DNA from: Okamejei kenojei
Taxonomy: Eukaryota
Length of the DNA stretch: 64,000 bases
NCBI GenBank assembly: GCA_035221665.1
Contig: CM069159.1
Location: 36,208,001 to 36,272,000, forward strand
Reading direction: 5' to 3'
Notes under the pieces: generated by a model
What the model saw: the letters and a program-made list of their open reading frames with translations, nothing else
What the model was told of the DNA's origin: nothing
The model's database searches: none
Position numbers and translations under genes: made by a program
Part shown: positions 1 to 13,255 of the stretch, one piece after another
Layout: each line of letters opens with the position of its first letter
Numbering within the stretch: position 1 is the stretch's first letter

Positions 1-923
1 AGTTTGTATGATTAACTCTGTGGTTGAGGTTTTATATCTCCCCATCACCAGAAAACAAAACTCTGCTTGAGATCAGCTAATTCTTTCCCCTAAATTTTCG
101 ACCTGAAAATGAAGGGGTTGTTACAGTATTGGAATATTGCTTTTAAGCTCTTGTGATACAAAGTTAGGGGGTACTAAGTTCTGTCATAAAGTGCATCCAT
201 CCAGGTTGAAGGGATGCTTGCATTTTTTTGTCAATATCAACATCCTCAATTGTTTACAATCAGATGATATCAACAATCTTCCTTTGTGATTACAGAAACG
301 ACCACCTTGAGTCAAGTTCCAGTTGGAATCTGTAATTTTAAGTAGATGGGGAGTTGAGTGACTCCTGTACAGCATTTGTCTTATTTACAAATGGGATTGC
401 CAGATCCAGACATCTCTGGATAATGAGGGCGGTGGAGGTATAATAAGGCATAAAGGAAGCCTAATAGGACAAAGACTAGAATAAGCTGGATCGGGGTGAA
501 AGGAAATTAAGAAAAACAAAGAAGTGGCAACATTGCTGTCAGATAAAATCAAATAGAATTTCTGAGTATATTAAGAATAGGATGATTGGTATGGAAAGGA
601 AGTAGTGTCTGTTAGGACCAAAAGAATGTGGGTGAGTTCTCAATGAATATAACTGTACGATAAAGGACGATTGTGACAATGGTATTTAGGAAATATGTGG
701 AAGGTTGGACGAGGTGAGTAAAAGAGGACCTATTAGGGGGAGTTTCTTTGAAAATTGATAAATTGCCAGGCCTAGAATTATATGTGAAGCATATTAAAAG
801 AAGCAAGAGAGCAAATTGCTGAGGCTCTGACCATTTTGCAGTAATTTCTGCCTGCAGGAGTGGTGCCAGGGAATTGTCAGGCTGCTAATATTGTATTTTT
901 GGTATAAGAGGGAGGAATGGATA

Positions 924-945
924 ACCCCCCCCCCCCCCCCCCCCC
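924..945. repeat. Poly-C tract (~22 nt); a second one at ~56811-56828
   Basis: Direct reading. Confidence 0.9.
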
Positions 946-1147
946 AACCCAAAAGTACAAGGCTGTTGTTTTAGCTTTGGTTATGGCTATATTCTTGGAT
1001 CAGTTGCGAGGGATGATACAAACCTTCATTTAGATGGTCATAGATAAATTAAGGACAGTTAGCAGGGATTTAAGATTGTGTCTACTTTAATTTCAAGGAG
1101 TTCTGTGAGGATAATGCATTAGATATGATGTATGTGATTTTAATTAA

Positions 1148-1330
1148 CATGACAGTGCAGCATTTGTTGCTGCAGCCTCACAGTGTAGAAGTGTTGGGTT
1201 CGATCCTGAGCTCTTGTGGTGTATGTATGGACTTTGCCCTGTGCATGTTTCCTTTGGCTGCTCCACAGTGTCCCATATCCTAAAGATGTGCTGGTAGGTT
1301 GATTGGCTAATGTAAATATAAATTGCTCAA
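1148..1330 (+). mobile_element. Degenerate tRNA-derived V-SINE (HE1-like)
   Basis: gctgcagcctcacag ... gggttcgatcct (B-box-like) ... gtatggactttg ... cccatatcctaaagatgtg ... ggttgattggc; same layout as the 7098 copy. Confidence 0.6.
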
Positions 1331-2974
1331 AGTGGGTAAGTGGTATAGAATTAAGGGATGAGGGTCAGTTATAGGACCGCTGGGAAATAAGAGTGGATGA
1401 ATGACGCTGATAGGATTGTTGTGTGGGAACTTGTTTGACTGGACCATATCTTAAATGAACTAACCAACTAATTTGGCAAGTTTAACAAAGACCCTCGCAG
1501 CCGACTGGTTTGAAATGTCATTGGAGCAAAACTTGTACATGCTGGCATTCTGAAATTAACATGTCAGAAGAACATACAGGTCCAGCAGCATCTGTGGTGA
1601 ATGAAATAGTTAGTGTATGAGTCGAGGATCTTTTGAATGTTTCCAGCATTTTCTGTTTTGGTCAAATAATGTAAATTTCCATTGGATTTGAAGAGTAATG
1701 TCTTGATTCAAATTTGGACCAGTGGCATAAAGCAGAGAGTAAGGATTGATAGATTTTTTTTAATGATTAGAAGGCTCTTTGCATTGGCATTCGCCAAAGC
1801 CTTTCATTTTGTATATATTGTTGACAGATTTAAGTATATGGGAGAAAGCAAATAATTTTCCCAATTATACAAAAATTGGCCATAAAGTTCAAGAAATAAG
1901 TTACTTTACCTGCCGAGTTCTTCCAGTAGGGTCTATGGAGGTAAAAGGATGGTTGCCATTTCAATTGGTCAAAGAGCAGTAAGAAAGGGATTCACATTGA
2001 AGAGAAGTGGAGAATTTATAAGTGGGGTTACATTAGAAAATTTGCAGTGGTGATGTTTGGAGATACAAGAGATTGCAAATGCAGTATCTGGAGCACAAAT
2101 TGAACTGCTGGAAGAATGCTGCGGATCAGGAACCATCTGTGGTGGCAGGTTTAAAATTATAACTAGCATGATGATCGGCATTTACGGTTGCTGCAAGTCA
2201 CAGAGAGCACCAAGGAGAAATGTTTGTTAGTGTATAGAATTGAGGGGTCCAGATAGAATAAATGGGAAGAACATTGTTTTCCCTGTTGGAGATTTGGAAT
2301 TGGAAGTCAAAAATCAGGTAGCAGATTAAAATAGTTAGTGGAGGGATTAGATTACCTCATTGGTGCCCCTTGATCTATCATTGATCAGACTTTACCGGCT
2401 TTGTCTTGCACTAATCATTATTCTCATTATTTCCCCTTATCGTGTATTTGTACACTATGAATGGCTCCATTGTAATCATGTATTGTCTTTCCACTGTCTG
2501 GTTAGCACGCAACAAAGCTTTTCACTGTACCTCGGTACACGTGACAATAAACTGAACTGAACTGAAGTGAGGCAACTGGTGAGTTTGAAATGCTGTCTGA
2601 AAGGCTGGTAGAGTAGAAACTTTCATTGCATTCATAAAACTAGTTGAAATGCTTTAACGTTCATGAGTTTATGGTCAAGTGCTGGAGGTAGAATTAAGGG
2701 CGGTGGGTAGAACTTCGATTAAAAGGCAATCTCTGGAGTCTTAAATTATTTTGATTCATAAAATTGTTAGATGAGTTATGGGAATTTCCAGTTAAATGGT
2801 GTACCCATATAATATCCTATATCTCACTATGTATAGACTTGAACCTGATTTAATAGGAGTGTTATTTGGTGATTGCTAACACAGTAGTCATTTGGTGCTT
2901 GTGGTTAATTCATGAGCTGAGACATAGTAACTGCTGTCCCTGCTGAGGTATCTGACTTGAAGCATTAATTTTGT

Positions 2975-3423
2975 GTTTCAATGGTCCTTTAATGTCACGT
3001 GTACCGAGGTACAGTGATATTTGATTTACCATAGTCATTCAAAAAAGCAACAAGATACGTAACTTTATAAAGATTAAACATAGACTTAAACAGCCACCAC
3101 AGCGGTGTGTGAGAATCCCTAAGGCACACAGCATAATTGGAGACCCACAGCCATCAGTTCAATGTCCGGGCTACACACATGCTCGTTTATCGTGATGTGA
3201 CCAGAGTTGTACCAACTGCTGTCACTCTCTCTGCAGTCCTGTCCGCCAAACAGTCAGAAAGCCGTCCGCACTCGCACTAGACAGGATGTCCTCATGTGAC
3301 GATGTCCCCGCAAAACACCGAGATCACTGCACTCACGGCACTCCGATTCCTCACCAGTGCAGGCAGCACGTTCATCTTGTTCTCGGTGACTTCACATTCC
3401 CCACTGTGATGGAAGGCAAATAA
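2975..3423 (-). mobile_element. LINE 3' tail containing an internal APE endonuclease fragment (3105-3388) of Rex1/Babar-L2 type
   Basis: Reverse strand reads NKMNVL...ECRECS...DGF..ADRDCRE...HITINEHVCSPDIELMAVGL across frames. The tail (tcactgtacctcggtacacgtgac) is shared with copies at ~2520 and ~8810. Confidence 0.6.
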
Positions 3424-4277
3424 CATATACCTTCTTTCCAGAGCTGTTGCTTGGCCTACAGTGTGTTTCCAGCATTCTATTTTTATTTCAGATTTGTGAC
3501 CTCTGCAGAGTTTTTTTAATTTTCACTACTTGACACGAGTCTTGGTGGGCCCTGCAGTAATAGTGGTAATAGGCAAGTAATAGTGACCAAATTTGAGACA
3601 GACTAGGCCAACATTTCAGAATTGTCCATTTTCAGATTGCTCTTTCAGTTTTCCTAAAGAGTGTGTTTTTCTTTGGAGTGTATGTGCATTCTGTTAGATG
3701 AATGCCCTCTTACTTGTTCAAGTGCCTAATTTTCATGAGATGCTGGGTACGTAATGTTTGGGAGCAGGATGCTTCACGATAGCACTGTTCTCAGCAGCAC
3801 TGTTTTCCATTCAGATTTTGAGGGAAAAGGAGGCAGTGTCAGCCACTGGATGTTCAGCCTAGGGTTGTTTTTGCTGTGACAGAAATTGGAGGTTGACTTT
3901 TAATAAGAAACACTGAAGTGTCTGTCATACTCTTGGTCTGCGATATTCAGGTTGGAACAATAATCAAAGCCACAGTTGAAAATTATAACTGGCTTCAGTA
4001 TAATGTGAAATATATACTGCGTTAACTTTTAAAACCCCTTTTACCATCATTACACAATGTCTTGGTTGTTTTGCATTGCATCCCTGTTATTCTTTCTGCC
4101 TGGAAGTGATGATTGATGCTGGACTGTAGATCTAAATGGCATTCAATGCCTCTTTTGGTTATTGATGGGTTATTTGATTGTGGAAAGTGGATCTATTTTT
4201 ATCCAATGTCCTATGACAAATCTTCCAGCAGAGGGAGCAATGTGTATGTTTGTTTATCTCACAGTGAAGCTAACTTT

Positions 4278-4407
4278 CTGAAGAAGGAACTCGACCTGAA
4301 CGTCACCCATTCTTTCTCTACAGAGATGCTGCCTGTCCCGCTGAGTTACTCCAGCTTTTTATGTCAATCTTTGGGTTAAACCAGCATCTGCAGTTCCTTC
4401 CTGCACA
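4278..4407 (+). mobile_element. Penelope-type short terminal-repeat element
   Basis: ctgaagaagg..gacc.gaacgtcacccatt...agagatgctgcctgtcccgctgagttactccagc...ccagcatctgcagttccttcc; flanked by ctaact direct repeats; more than ten relatives in the window. Confidence 0.75.
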
Positions 4408-5249
4408 CTAACTATTTTGACTTGTCTTTGACTAGGTACATTGAGTCTGCTCCATGTAAAACATCTTTCTGGTCTGTAAGATTCTATATTCATGCTTATC
4501 CACTTAACATTGGAGCACCCCTATATTGCAGAAGAGATCCTTTCATGGTATTTTACAAGCTTCACAATTTAACTACTTTGTTTGTGTGAGCACTGAGTTA
4601 CTTGGATGAAACGTCCCCTTTTCTATTCTTTGCTCACGATTCGCTGATATTTGCAATGAGAGTGACTTTTGGATGGCATTAAAGTGCTCAATACAACTTC
4701 AAAATAAGAGATTGTCCGTGGTGGTACAGCATGTGCCTTTTAGGAAGAAATTGTAAATTCAAACGCAAATATTAGAGACGAAATTACATATTTTCTGAAT
4801 TCAATACTGGTTGCAGAGCGTGGAAACGTTCTGATTCTTGGTTAAGAGTTGAAGTAGAGTTGCTGCATATGTGCTCACATGGGCATAAGGGTCCATGGTT
4901 CTTTTGAAGAGTGGTAGGTTATGTTGTTCTACCCATGTTTTCTTGTTCAATAGACATTAAAAGAATGACAATTTGCCATCTCGTTGTGCATTTGTGGATC
5001 TACATTGTGTATATTTGGGCTGTTGTGTTTACAAACGTTGAAGTGACTGGCATTTGAAAATAATTTCTCATCCATAGTCAATTTAAAATGAACCTTTCCC
5101 TGGACTTATTTATAAAATACATGCTTAATTTGTATCCTGGAGTCTATTTTCCGTGTTAAGCATGAATGTTAGAAATAAGTTCAGAGTAATGATCATTTAA
5201 AATCTACTTGAGGAAGAATAGTCCTGTTAAATTACAATCTGGTTAGAAA

Positions 5250-5625
5250 TCAGGAGGCTGAGAGGTGACTTTACTGAGATGTCAAGATTATAAGGGGCGA
5301 GGATAAAGTGAACGCCTAGCCTATTTTCCAGAGTAGACAATTCTAAAACTAGACACCAGAGGCTTAGGTGAAAGAGGTGAGATTTAAAAGACACCTTAGG
5401 GGAGACCTTTTCACTTGGAGGGTAGTCCGTATCTGGAATGCGTTGCTAGAGGAAGCTATAGAAGGTGTAATTGCAACTTTTATGATATCTGGGCAGATTT
5501 ATAGATATTGAGGGTTTAGAGATATGGGGCAAATGGGACTAGCCCAGAATGGGTTACTAAGGGAATAGCCTAGTTGGCATGGGCAAAGTGAGCTGAACTA
5601 CCTTTGTACTGTACAGCTCTATGGA
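5250..5625 (+). mobile_element. CR1 LINE 3' fragment
   Basis: RRLRGDLTE..KIIRG.DKV...FT.RVV..WN-like C-terminus plus 3' UTR. Confidence 0.75.
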
Positions 5626-6265
5626 TTGAGCTGAGATATAGACTGAAATAGTCCCATGCTGTTTTTGATATCTCGTTATTTGAGTGGCGAATGTGGCTGG
5701 AAACCGGAGATGCAGCTAAAAGTAAATATTCTAGTCATCTGTCAGGGTGGAATTTATGTAGAAGCATTCATTTAAGTTGTTGCAGTATGATCCATCGATT
5801 TGTTCAGAATTTGCAGAAGGAATGGTCGGGTTGTGTTTGGTGGCAATGGGCTTAAATTGCTCAATGTATTAAATAATGACTAATTAGCATTCCCCTTTGG
5901 TCAATGTACATTTCTGGCTATGTGTAAGAGGTAAAACTTAGTCTAGCCTGGTTTAGTGTAGGTTTAAGTGGAAAAGGCACCTAATATTGATCAACTTTTA
6001 ATTTGAACCTTTAGTGCTCTCTACCTGCTGGCAGAATTTTGTGAGGAACAATGGCCCTCTCCTACCTTGTCAAAGTTATCTGACTAGCAATGATGTTATG
6101 TTTAGGAATGGAAGGTTGGAGGAGTAAGCTTTTTTTGAGTGAATAGCAAAAATAACCTTGGTACTTAATCTCTTGATCCCTTTTTGTCTGTTTCCCCCAA
6201 ATGATGCAGCCCACTTTGACGAATCTACTATTTGGGCAAAAAACGAATTCATCACCAACAAGCTC

Positions 6266-6386
6266 GGTCTGAATATGGGTCTTGACCCAAAACATCACCT
6301 CTTCTCTCCAGAGATGCTGCTTGACCCGCTGAGTTACTCCAGCTCTTTGTCTTGTGTAAACCAGCAACTGCAGTTTCTTCCTACAC
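6266..6386 (+). mobile_element. Penelope-type short terminal-repeat element
   Basis: gtctgaatatgggtcttgacccaaaacatcacc...ccagagatgctgc...gctgagttactccagc. Confidence 0.72.
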
Positions 6387-7097
6387 GGCTTGGGAGTAAA
6401 CTCACTTGCATATATCCCAATACAGAACTAACAACAGGAGTTCAAACCTAACCTATTGGGAGGAGAAAAGCTATACAGTAGCTTATATGAAGAGCCAGTA
6501 AAGGAGTTCTGCATTTTAAAAGGTATTATGGGATTTTACTAGGAGAAAGCGTACTTAGTCATAACTTATTACTCTTCAGTTATATATCAGCAGCAGATGC
6601 ATAGTGGACCAGATCTCCTAATAGCTGTTTGTCAGCCATTTGTTGTAATGAACCGGACAGGAAACATAATTTACAATGGACTTGAATGATGTTCCAAGAA
6701 CTCCTAATGCTCTTGGTCTTAGAGGAAGTGCCGATGCTGTTGTGAATTTGCCTCATCGTTTTATAAAATAACTCCCTTTCCTCTACATAGAGATAAGTGC
6801 AGGCAACATGGCTATCAAGGAAGTCACCTGATTTGTGACTAAGTTCATTAAATTTTGCATATCAAATTGAATAATCACTTTGCATTTTGTTTTTAATGTT
6901 TGTACAAATACTCGTAAAGAATGGTCAGTCTTATTAGTATTTATTAGTACTGCTCAATTTAATTCTGCTTTACATTTTATACACTATTTCTCTCCTTTGC
7001 TGAAGTCCACAAAGTGCAATTCTGATATATCACTAGTGGAGGATTAATTGTGCCCACCAAATCGTATGTACTGCCTTGCACAAAGTACAGTAAAGCT

Positions 7098-7610
7098 GAC
7101 ACTGGCACAGCTGGTAGCGCTGTTGCCTCAGTGCTGGAGACCCGGTACGATCTTAACCTTGGGTGCTTTCTGTGTGGAGTTTGCATATTCTCCCTTTCCT
7201 CATGATGCTCCAATTTCCTCCCATATCTCAAAGAGGTGTAGATTTGTAGGTTAATTGGCCTCTAATTTTTACCTTTAGTGCTCTCTACCTCTGCCCGTCG
7301 GAAACCAGCACCATTACGTCGCTAATGTTTTCAACGATAACAATGACAAAATAAAAATGAAATGCCTTTAGCGTGCGTGCAGAAGTGGGATAATACAGAA
7401 CTAAAGATGGACACAAAAAGCTGGCGGAACTCAGCGGGACAGGCAGCATCTCTGGAGTGAAGGAATGGGTGAGGTTTAGTGTCGAGACCCTTCAGACTGG
7501 TTAGGAATAAGGGAAACGAGGGATAACTAGTAATATAAAACTAGTATGAATGGGTTGGCGTGGATTCGGTGGGCTGAAAGGCCTGTTTCCGTAATGTATC
7601 TTTTCATTTC
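7098..7610 (+). mobile_element. V-SINE (HE1-like) with nested insertions, including a Penelope-type repeat at 7405-7500 (-)
   Basis: ggcacagctggtag (A box), ccggtacgatc (B-box-like), V-domain ctgtgtggagtttgcatattctcc...ttcctcccat...ggttaattggc, CR1-like tail gtgggctgaaaggcctgtttcc. Confidence 0.72.
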
Positions 7611-7919
7611 AGTATCATTTCAAAGGTTTAAAAACACCAGGTGGACAAACAAACACAAGGCGGTAATTACTTAATGAAATTAGGTGGTGGCAGTACATTC
7701 CATTGCAGATGTTTGTGGCAATTTTTTAATTTTTTATTTTTTGTTAAAAGGACAGTGACTCTGGCAATGCTGTTCACATAATACAAAATCCTGCAGTACC
7801 ATTCTGTAAAACTGCAGCTGTGAAGAAAATGTTCGAAAGGTTATGGAGGCTAATCAGAGTCGTCTTTGTTAATGGTCATTGGCAACTTGAGTGTTTGTTT
7901 TTATCATCCTTTTCATATC

Positions 7920-8845
7920 AACATCGGTGCCCCACAAGGATGTGTTCTTGTTCCCCTACTATATTCGCAATACACTCAAATTTGGCTCTAACAATCTGTA
8001 AGATTGTAGATGACACTGTGGTGAGCCAGATCACGAACAATGGTGAGATGGAGTACTGGCAGGAGTAGAGAACATAGTAACATGGTGTCAAGGCAGCAAC
8101 CTTTCTCTCAATGTCAACAAGATGAAGGAGCTAGTGCTGTCGAAATAGAAATGGCTGAGAGCTTCAAGTTGGTAAATATTACCAACTGCATGTCATGGAT
8201 CAACCACCTTGAAGTGACAGCCAAGAAGGCATACCAATACCTTTACTTACTCAGGAGAATGAGGAAATTAGGCACATCTCCAATAACTCTTACAAACCTC
8301 TACAGATGAATCGTAGAAAGCATACTGTTGGGTTGCATTACCGCTTGGTTTAGCAACAGCTCTGCCCAAGACCACAGGAAATTGCAGAGTTGCGGATATA
8401 GCCCAGTCCATCACACAGACCACACTTCCCACCATTGACGCCATCTACTCCTTCATGCTGCCTCTGGAAAGTAGCCAACATAATCAGAGACTTGCCCCAC
8501 CCAAGTCCTTCATGCTCTTCCCTCCTGTTGGGCTTGAAAGCATGCATCAACAGACTCAGGAACAGCTTCTTCACGGTGTTATCAGGCTTGTAAATGGTCC
8601 TTCCATAAACTAGGGTACTGTCCAATTCACCTCTACCCCATCGCGGACATTGGATTTTGTCTCGGCAACGGCTGCGTAATAATGCTGAGAACTATTTTCT
8701 GCAATCTGTTTCTTTCCCATTGCTCTCCACATCATACTTCAGTTTGGCTTGATTGTATATATGTATAGAATTATCTGATTTGATTGGATAGCATGCAAAG
8801 CAAAGCTTTTCACTGTACCTTGGTACACGTGACATTAATGAACCT
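7920..8845 (+). mobile_element. Degenerate Rex1/Babar-L2 type LINE 3' part
   Basis: GAPQGCVL..., DDTVV, KKAYQYLYLLRRMRKLG in disrupted frames; tail gctttcactgtaccttggtacacgtgac. Confidence 0.8.
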
Positions 8846-8956
8846 AAGCCAGTGGAAGCAAATGTTATTATTTTACTTGGTTTGAAGACATTCACCTTCA
8901 ATTTACTAGTTTTCTCTGGATAGAAATCCAGTTGCAGTGTAAACAAAGCATAGGAT

Positions 8957-9084
8957 GTTTAAGAAGGAACTGCAGATGCTGGAAAATCGAAGGTAGTCAA
9001 AAATGCTGGAGAAACTCAGCAGGTGAGGCAGCATCTATGGAGCGAAGGAAATAGGTGACGTTTCGGGACGAAACCCTTCTTCAT
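8957..9084 (-). mobile_element. Penelope-type short terminal-repeat element (second subfamily)
   Basis: Reverse strand: tgaagaagggtttcgtcccgaaacgtcacctatttcc...gctgagtttctccagc...ccagcatctgcagttccttc. Confidence 0.75.
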
Positions 9085-9504
9085 GTCTGGCAGTTTCAAC
9101 TATGCAACATGAATGTCTGAATCGTTAAGTTAGATTTAAGTTTTTATTTATTTTTTAATAAAAGCATCAAAACTGTCACTGGAAATTGAGCTACTGCATT
9201 TAGTACTTCACACATGGTCATGTCAATTGAATGTGACATCGGCTTCTGAACACCTGAGCTTGGACCTTCACTGATGTTTGCAAAAAGTTGAAACTCGGGA
9301 GAATTTTCGTATCATTTTACTTCAGCAAAAGTAACAAACCATTTAACTGTGATCTTCCACATGTGTGGATATGACATTTTGACATATAAAGATATATTTT
9401 TAATTGTACTGGTAAAATTAATTTGAACGATGTGATGTCCTTAATCTGATGGGTGATTCGAATTTTGCTGTTCTTTAATTGGTACATGTGACTATAAACT
9501 GACC

Positions 9505-10428
9505 TTGGATCCTGGACTTCCTCATTCACAGACCACAGTCTGTTCATATTGGTGGTAATGTGTTAGACTCGATAACAATCAGCAGGGAAGCACCTCAAGG
9601 CTGCGTCCTCAGCCCCCTGCTGTACTCATTCTATACTCATGACTGCATAGCCGGTCATGGTGCGAACTCCATCATCAAGTTTGCTGACGACACCACTGTT
9701 GTGGGACGTATCACTGATGGAGATGAGTCAGAGTATAGAAGAGAGATCGAGCGACTGTCCATATGGTGCCAGCACAATAAACTGGCCCTCAACACCAGCA
9801 AAACCAAGGAACTGATTGTGGACTTTGGAAGGAGTAGGATGGGGACCCGCAGTCCTGTTTATATAAACGGGTCGATGGTTGAAAGGGTCAAGAGCTTCAA
9901 ATTCCTGGGCGTGCACATCTCTGAAGATCTTTCCTGGTCCGGGAACACAGATGCAATTATTAAGAAAGCTCATCAGCGCCTCTGCTTCCTGAGAAGATTA
10001 CGGAGAGTCGGTCTGTCAAGGAGGACTCTCTCTAACTTCTACAGGTGCACTGTAGAGAGCATGCTGACCGGTTGCATCATGGCTTGGTTCGGCAACTTGA
10101 GCGCCCTGGAGAGGAAAATACTATAAAAAGTACTAAACACTGCCCAGTCCATCATTGGCTCTGACCTTCCTTCCATCAAGGGGATCTATCACAGTCGCTG
10201 CCACAAAAAGGCTGGCAGCATCATCAAGGACCCACACCATCCTGGCCACACACTCATCTCCCTGCTACCTTCAGGTAGAAGGTACAGGAGCCTGAGGACT
10301 GCAACGACCAGGTTCAGGAATAGCTACTTCCCCACAGCCATCAGGCTATTAAACTTGGCTCGGACAAATCTCTGAACATTAATACCCCTCCATCTGTTAT
10401 TTGCACTTTATCAATTTATTCATTCATG
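9505..10428 (+). mobile_element. Young 5'-truncated Rex1/Babar-L2 type LINE (RT fragment)
   Basis: ORF 9560-10126 with [46 protein letters not shown]; a premature TAA is followed by the continuing C-terminus and 3' UTR. Confidence 0.92.
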
Positions 10429-11449
10429 TTACTGAAGGATGTTACAGGACTGTTCAATAGTTTGGTAACAACAGGGAAGAAGCTGTTCCTGAATTTGATA
10501 GTGTGTTATCAACGTTTGGATCTTCTACTCGATGGGAGAAGAGGGAATGACTGTGGTGAAAATGGTCCTTGATTGGTTATCTGTATCTTGGTGCTATGGA
10601 CTTCTTGTACATCTTCCATGCAGTCTTCAATTTTCTACCTTTACCCTGTTGGACAAGGGTAAGAAATGGGCTCCTCTGGATCCTTCTACCTATTCTGCGA
10701 TCGCAGCCTGTCCCCAATCATTCACCGATTTAGAAAAGTTAATCTAAGGGATGACTGCCTTGTGGAATACTGTCTCAAAGTAATTCTCCCCATTGCTATG
10801 TTGAAGCATTTGGAGATCGGACTCCAGCTCTTGGGCCTGAGCTGAAGTCCCTTGAGTGGCCAACACTGTTTGCTACGTAACGTTACAAGTCCTCGCGTAT
10901 TGCAACTACAAAACATCGCCAGCCAAGCCACTTGTTTTAATTAATCTTGGACAAAGGACTGCAAGAATTGTCAAATGCAATGCATGTGCTTATAGTGCTT
11001 ATAGCTAAACTGAGCCATTACTGCAGATGGATGACCTGGCCTGTTCTGATGCAGACAGTAAGCTGAAGTAATAGAAATTATACAATATGAAATTGAGCAA
11101 TAAGCACATGTGGCAGATGGAGCAGAACAAGACTACTCAAGAACACTCAGCATCCTCAAGACTGCCCTGGCATTGATTATGATCATAGGTGCTCTGTCCC
11201 AGGCCTATCCTCTTTAAGTTCTCCATAGCTTCCAATTCACTCATCTTTCAAAAAATGTTTCTTTTCTTTTTTTTTAATACTTCAATGAACTATCCTCTGC
11301 AACTTTCCAGGGCAGCGAACTCAAAATGTTTGGTGAGAAATTCATAACCAACTCAGTTACAAGATTAGCAGCCATTTAAAACAATGTCCCCTGGTTAGAA
11401 ATTCTCACACTAGTGGAGAACATCCGCCCTGTCACATCAACCAAGTGCC

Positions 11450-11565
11450 TTGTGTGCTTCAGTAAGATCAGCTCTCATCAGTATGCGTCAGTAAGATCAG
11501 CCCTCATCAGTATGCTTCCCTCATCAGCCCTCATCAGTGTGCTTCAGTAAGATCAGCCCTCATTT
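11450..11565. repeat. Tandem repeat, ~29-bp unit, 3-4 copies, within a degenerate CR1 fragment
   Basis: Repeated gtRtgcttcagtaagatcagccctcatca. Confidence 0.85.
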
Positions 11566-12267
11566 TGCTAAACTATAAGAAATATAAATGTAAGGCTGTA
11601 ACATGATGAAGATCTGTTTCATAAGATTATGTTGGACCATATTATAACTATATAGGAGGCCACAAAGAGTTCAGAGTATGAAGACAAATTGAAGTGGCAT
11701 TCAAAAGGAAGCTTAAATCCCTGCATTCTGAATGCAGGTTGAATTTATGTTTTATTGTGTACATTATATATTAAATTGCACTGTATACTAAATACTGTAC
11801 GCTAAATTGGAAGAAGGGCAAGTAAGTTGCTGCTCTGCCCGGAAGGACCATTTGTCTCACTGGGTGGTGTGAAGGGAAGAAATAAAAGAGGTGTTGCATT
11901 TCAGACCAATCGTATTAAACATTTAAGTACTACTGTTCGTAAATCAGTGAAATCGATACAGAGACAAACCGACCAGTCGCTTGCCGACAAACTCTACCTG
12001 ACTCTTCGTGTCAGCTGCAAACTTACTAATCGTGCCTTATACATTCTCATCCAAATTGTTGCTATAAACCACAAACAGAAATGGGCCTAGCACCAATTCC
12101 TGAGGCATTCATGAGTCACAGGCCTCTATTCTGAACAAACCACGTTGAATCACCACCCTCTGCTTCCTTCCATTGAGCTAATATTTGTCCTGTCACAGAC
12201 CTCCAGTCCGAAAAATAACCTTCCTCCACCACCCTTTGCTTCCTTCCATTCAGCCAATTTTGTAGCA

Positions 12268-13255
12268 GGTCAAGTCAATTCAAGTCAAGAGAGTTTATTC
12301 TCATGTGTCCCAGATAGGATAATGAAATTATTGCTTGCTGCAGCACAACAGAATATTGTAGGCATAAATACAGAACCGAGTGTTCCTGAATCTGGATGTT
12401 GCAGATTTCAGGCTCCTGAACTTTCTACCTGATGGCAGCTGAGAGATGAGTGTGTGGTCAGGATAGTGTGGGTCCTTGATGATGTTGGCAGCCTTTTTGA
12501 GGCAGCAACTGCGATAGATGCCCTCGATGGTAGGGAGGTCAGGGCCGATGATGGACTGGGCAGTGTTTACAACTTTTTGTAGTGTTTTCCGCTCCTGGAC
12601 GCTCAAGTTTCCGAACCAAGCTACGATGCAACCGGTAAGCATGCCCTCTACTGTGCACCTGTAGAAGTCCGAGAGAGTCCTCCTTGACATACCGACTCTC
12701 CGTAATCTTCTCAGGAAGTAGAGGCGCTGATGTGCTTTCTTTATACATGGCTTCATTGTTCTGGGACCAGGAGAGATCTTCGGAAATATGAATGCCCAGG
12801 AATTTGAAGTTCTTGACCCTTTCCACCATCGACCCGTTGATATAAACGGAACTGTGGGTCCCCATCCTACCCCTTTCAAAGTCCGTAATCAGTTCCTTCG
12901 TTTTGCTGGTGTTAAGAGCCAGGTTATCGTGCTGGCACCATTTGGTCAATCGGTCGATCTCACTTCTATACTCTGATTCGTTCCCATCAGTGATACAACA
13001 GTGGTGTCGTCGGCGAACTTGATGGAGTTCGCACTATGTCCGGCTACACGGTCATTAGTATAGGGTGAGTAAAGCAGTGGGCTGAGCACGCAGTCTTGAG
13101 GTGTTCCTGTGCTGATTGTTATCGAGGATGACACATTTCCACCAATGCGGACAGACTGTGGCCTGTGAATGAGGAAGTCGAGGATCCGATTGCAGAGGGA
13201 TGCGTAGAGACCCAGATCTGAGAGCTGGTTAACCAGCTTGGAGGGGATGATGGTT
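12268..13255 (-). mobile_element. Young 5'-truncated Rex1/Babar-L2 type LINE, same family as 9505-10428, inserted in an older CR1 fragment (~12040-13620, -)
   Basis: Minus-strand ORFs 12946-13134, 12539-12949 and 12328-12879 give [45 protein letters not shown] with frameshifts; (cttga)n-type tail at 12268. Confidence 0.92.

Larger units (their letters stand above)
540..2750 (+). mobile_element. Old, fragmented CR1-type LINE with nested insertions
   Basis: Degenerate RT traces (gataaattgccaggcctaga ~ DKSPGPD; gatatgatgtatgtgatttt ~ DVVYMDF; WIQNWL-like) interrupted by SINE and short repeats; boundaries approximate. Confidence 0.5.

Noticed and set aside
924-945. Poly-C tracts as regulatory G-quadruplexes
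   Set aside because: Simple homopolymers inside degraded repeats or introns; length unreliable and no supporting context.
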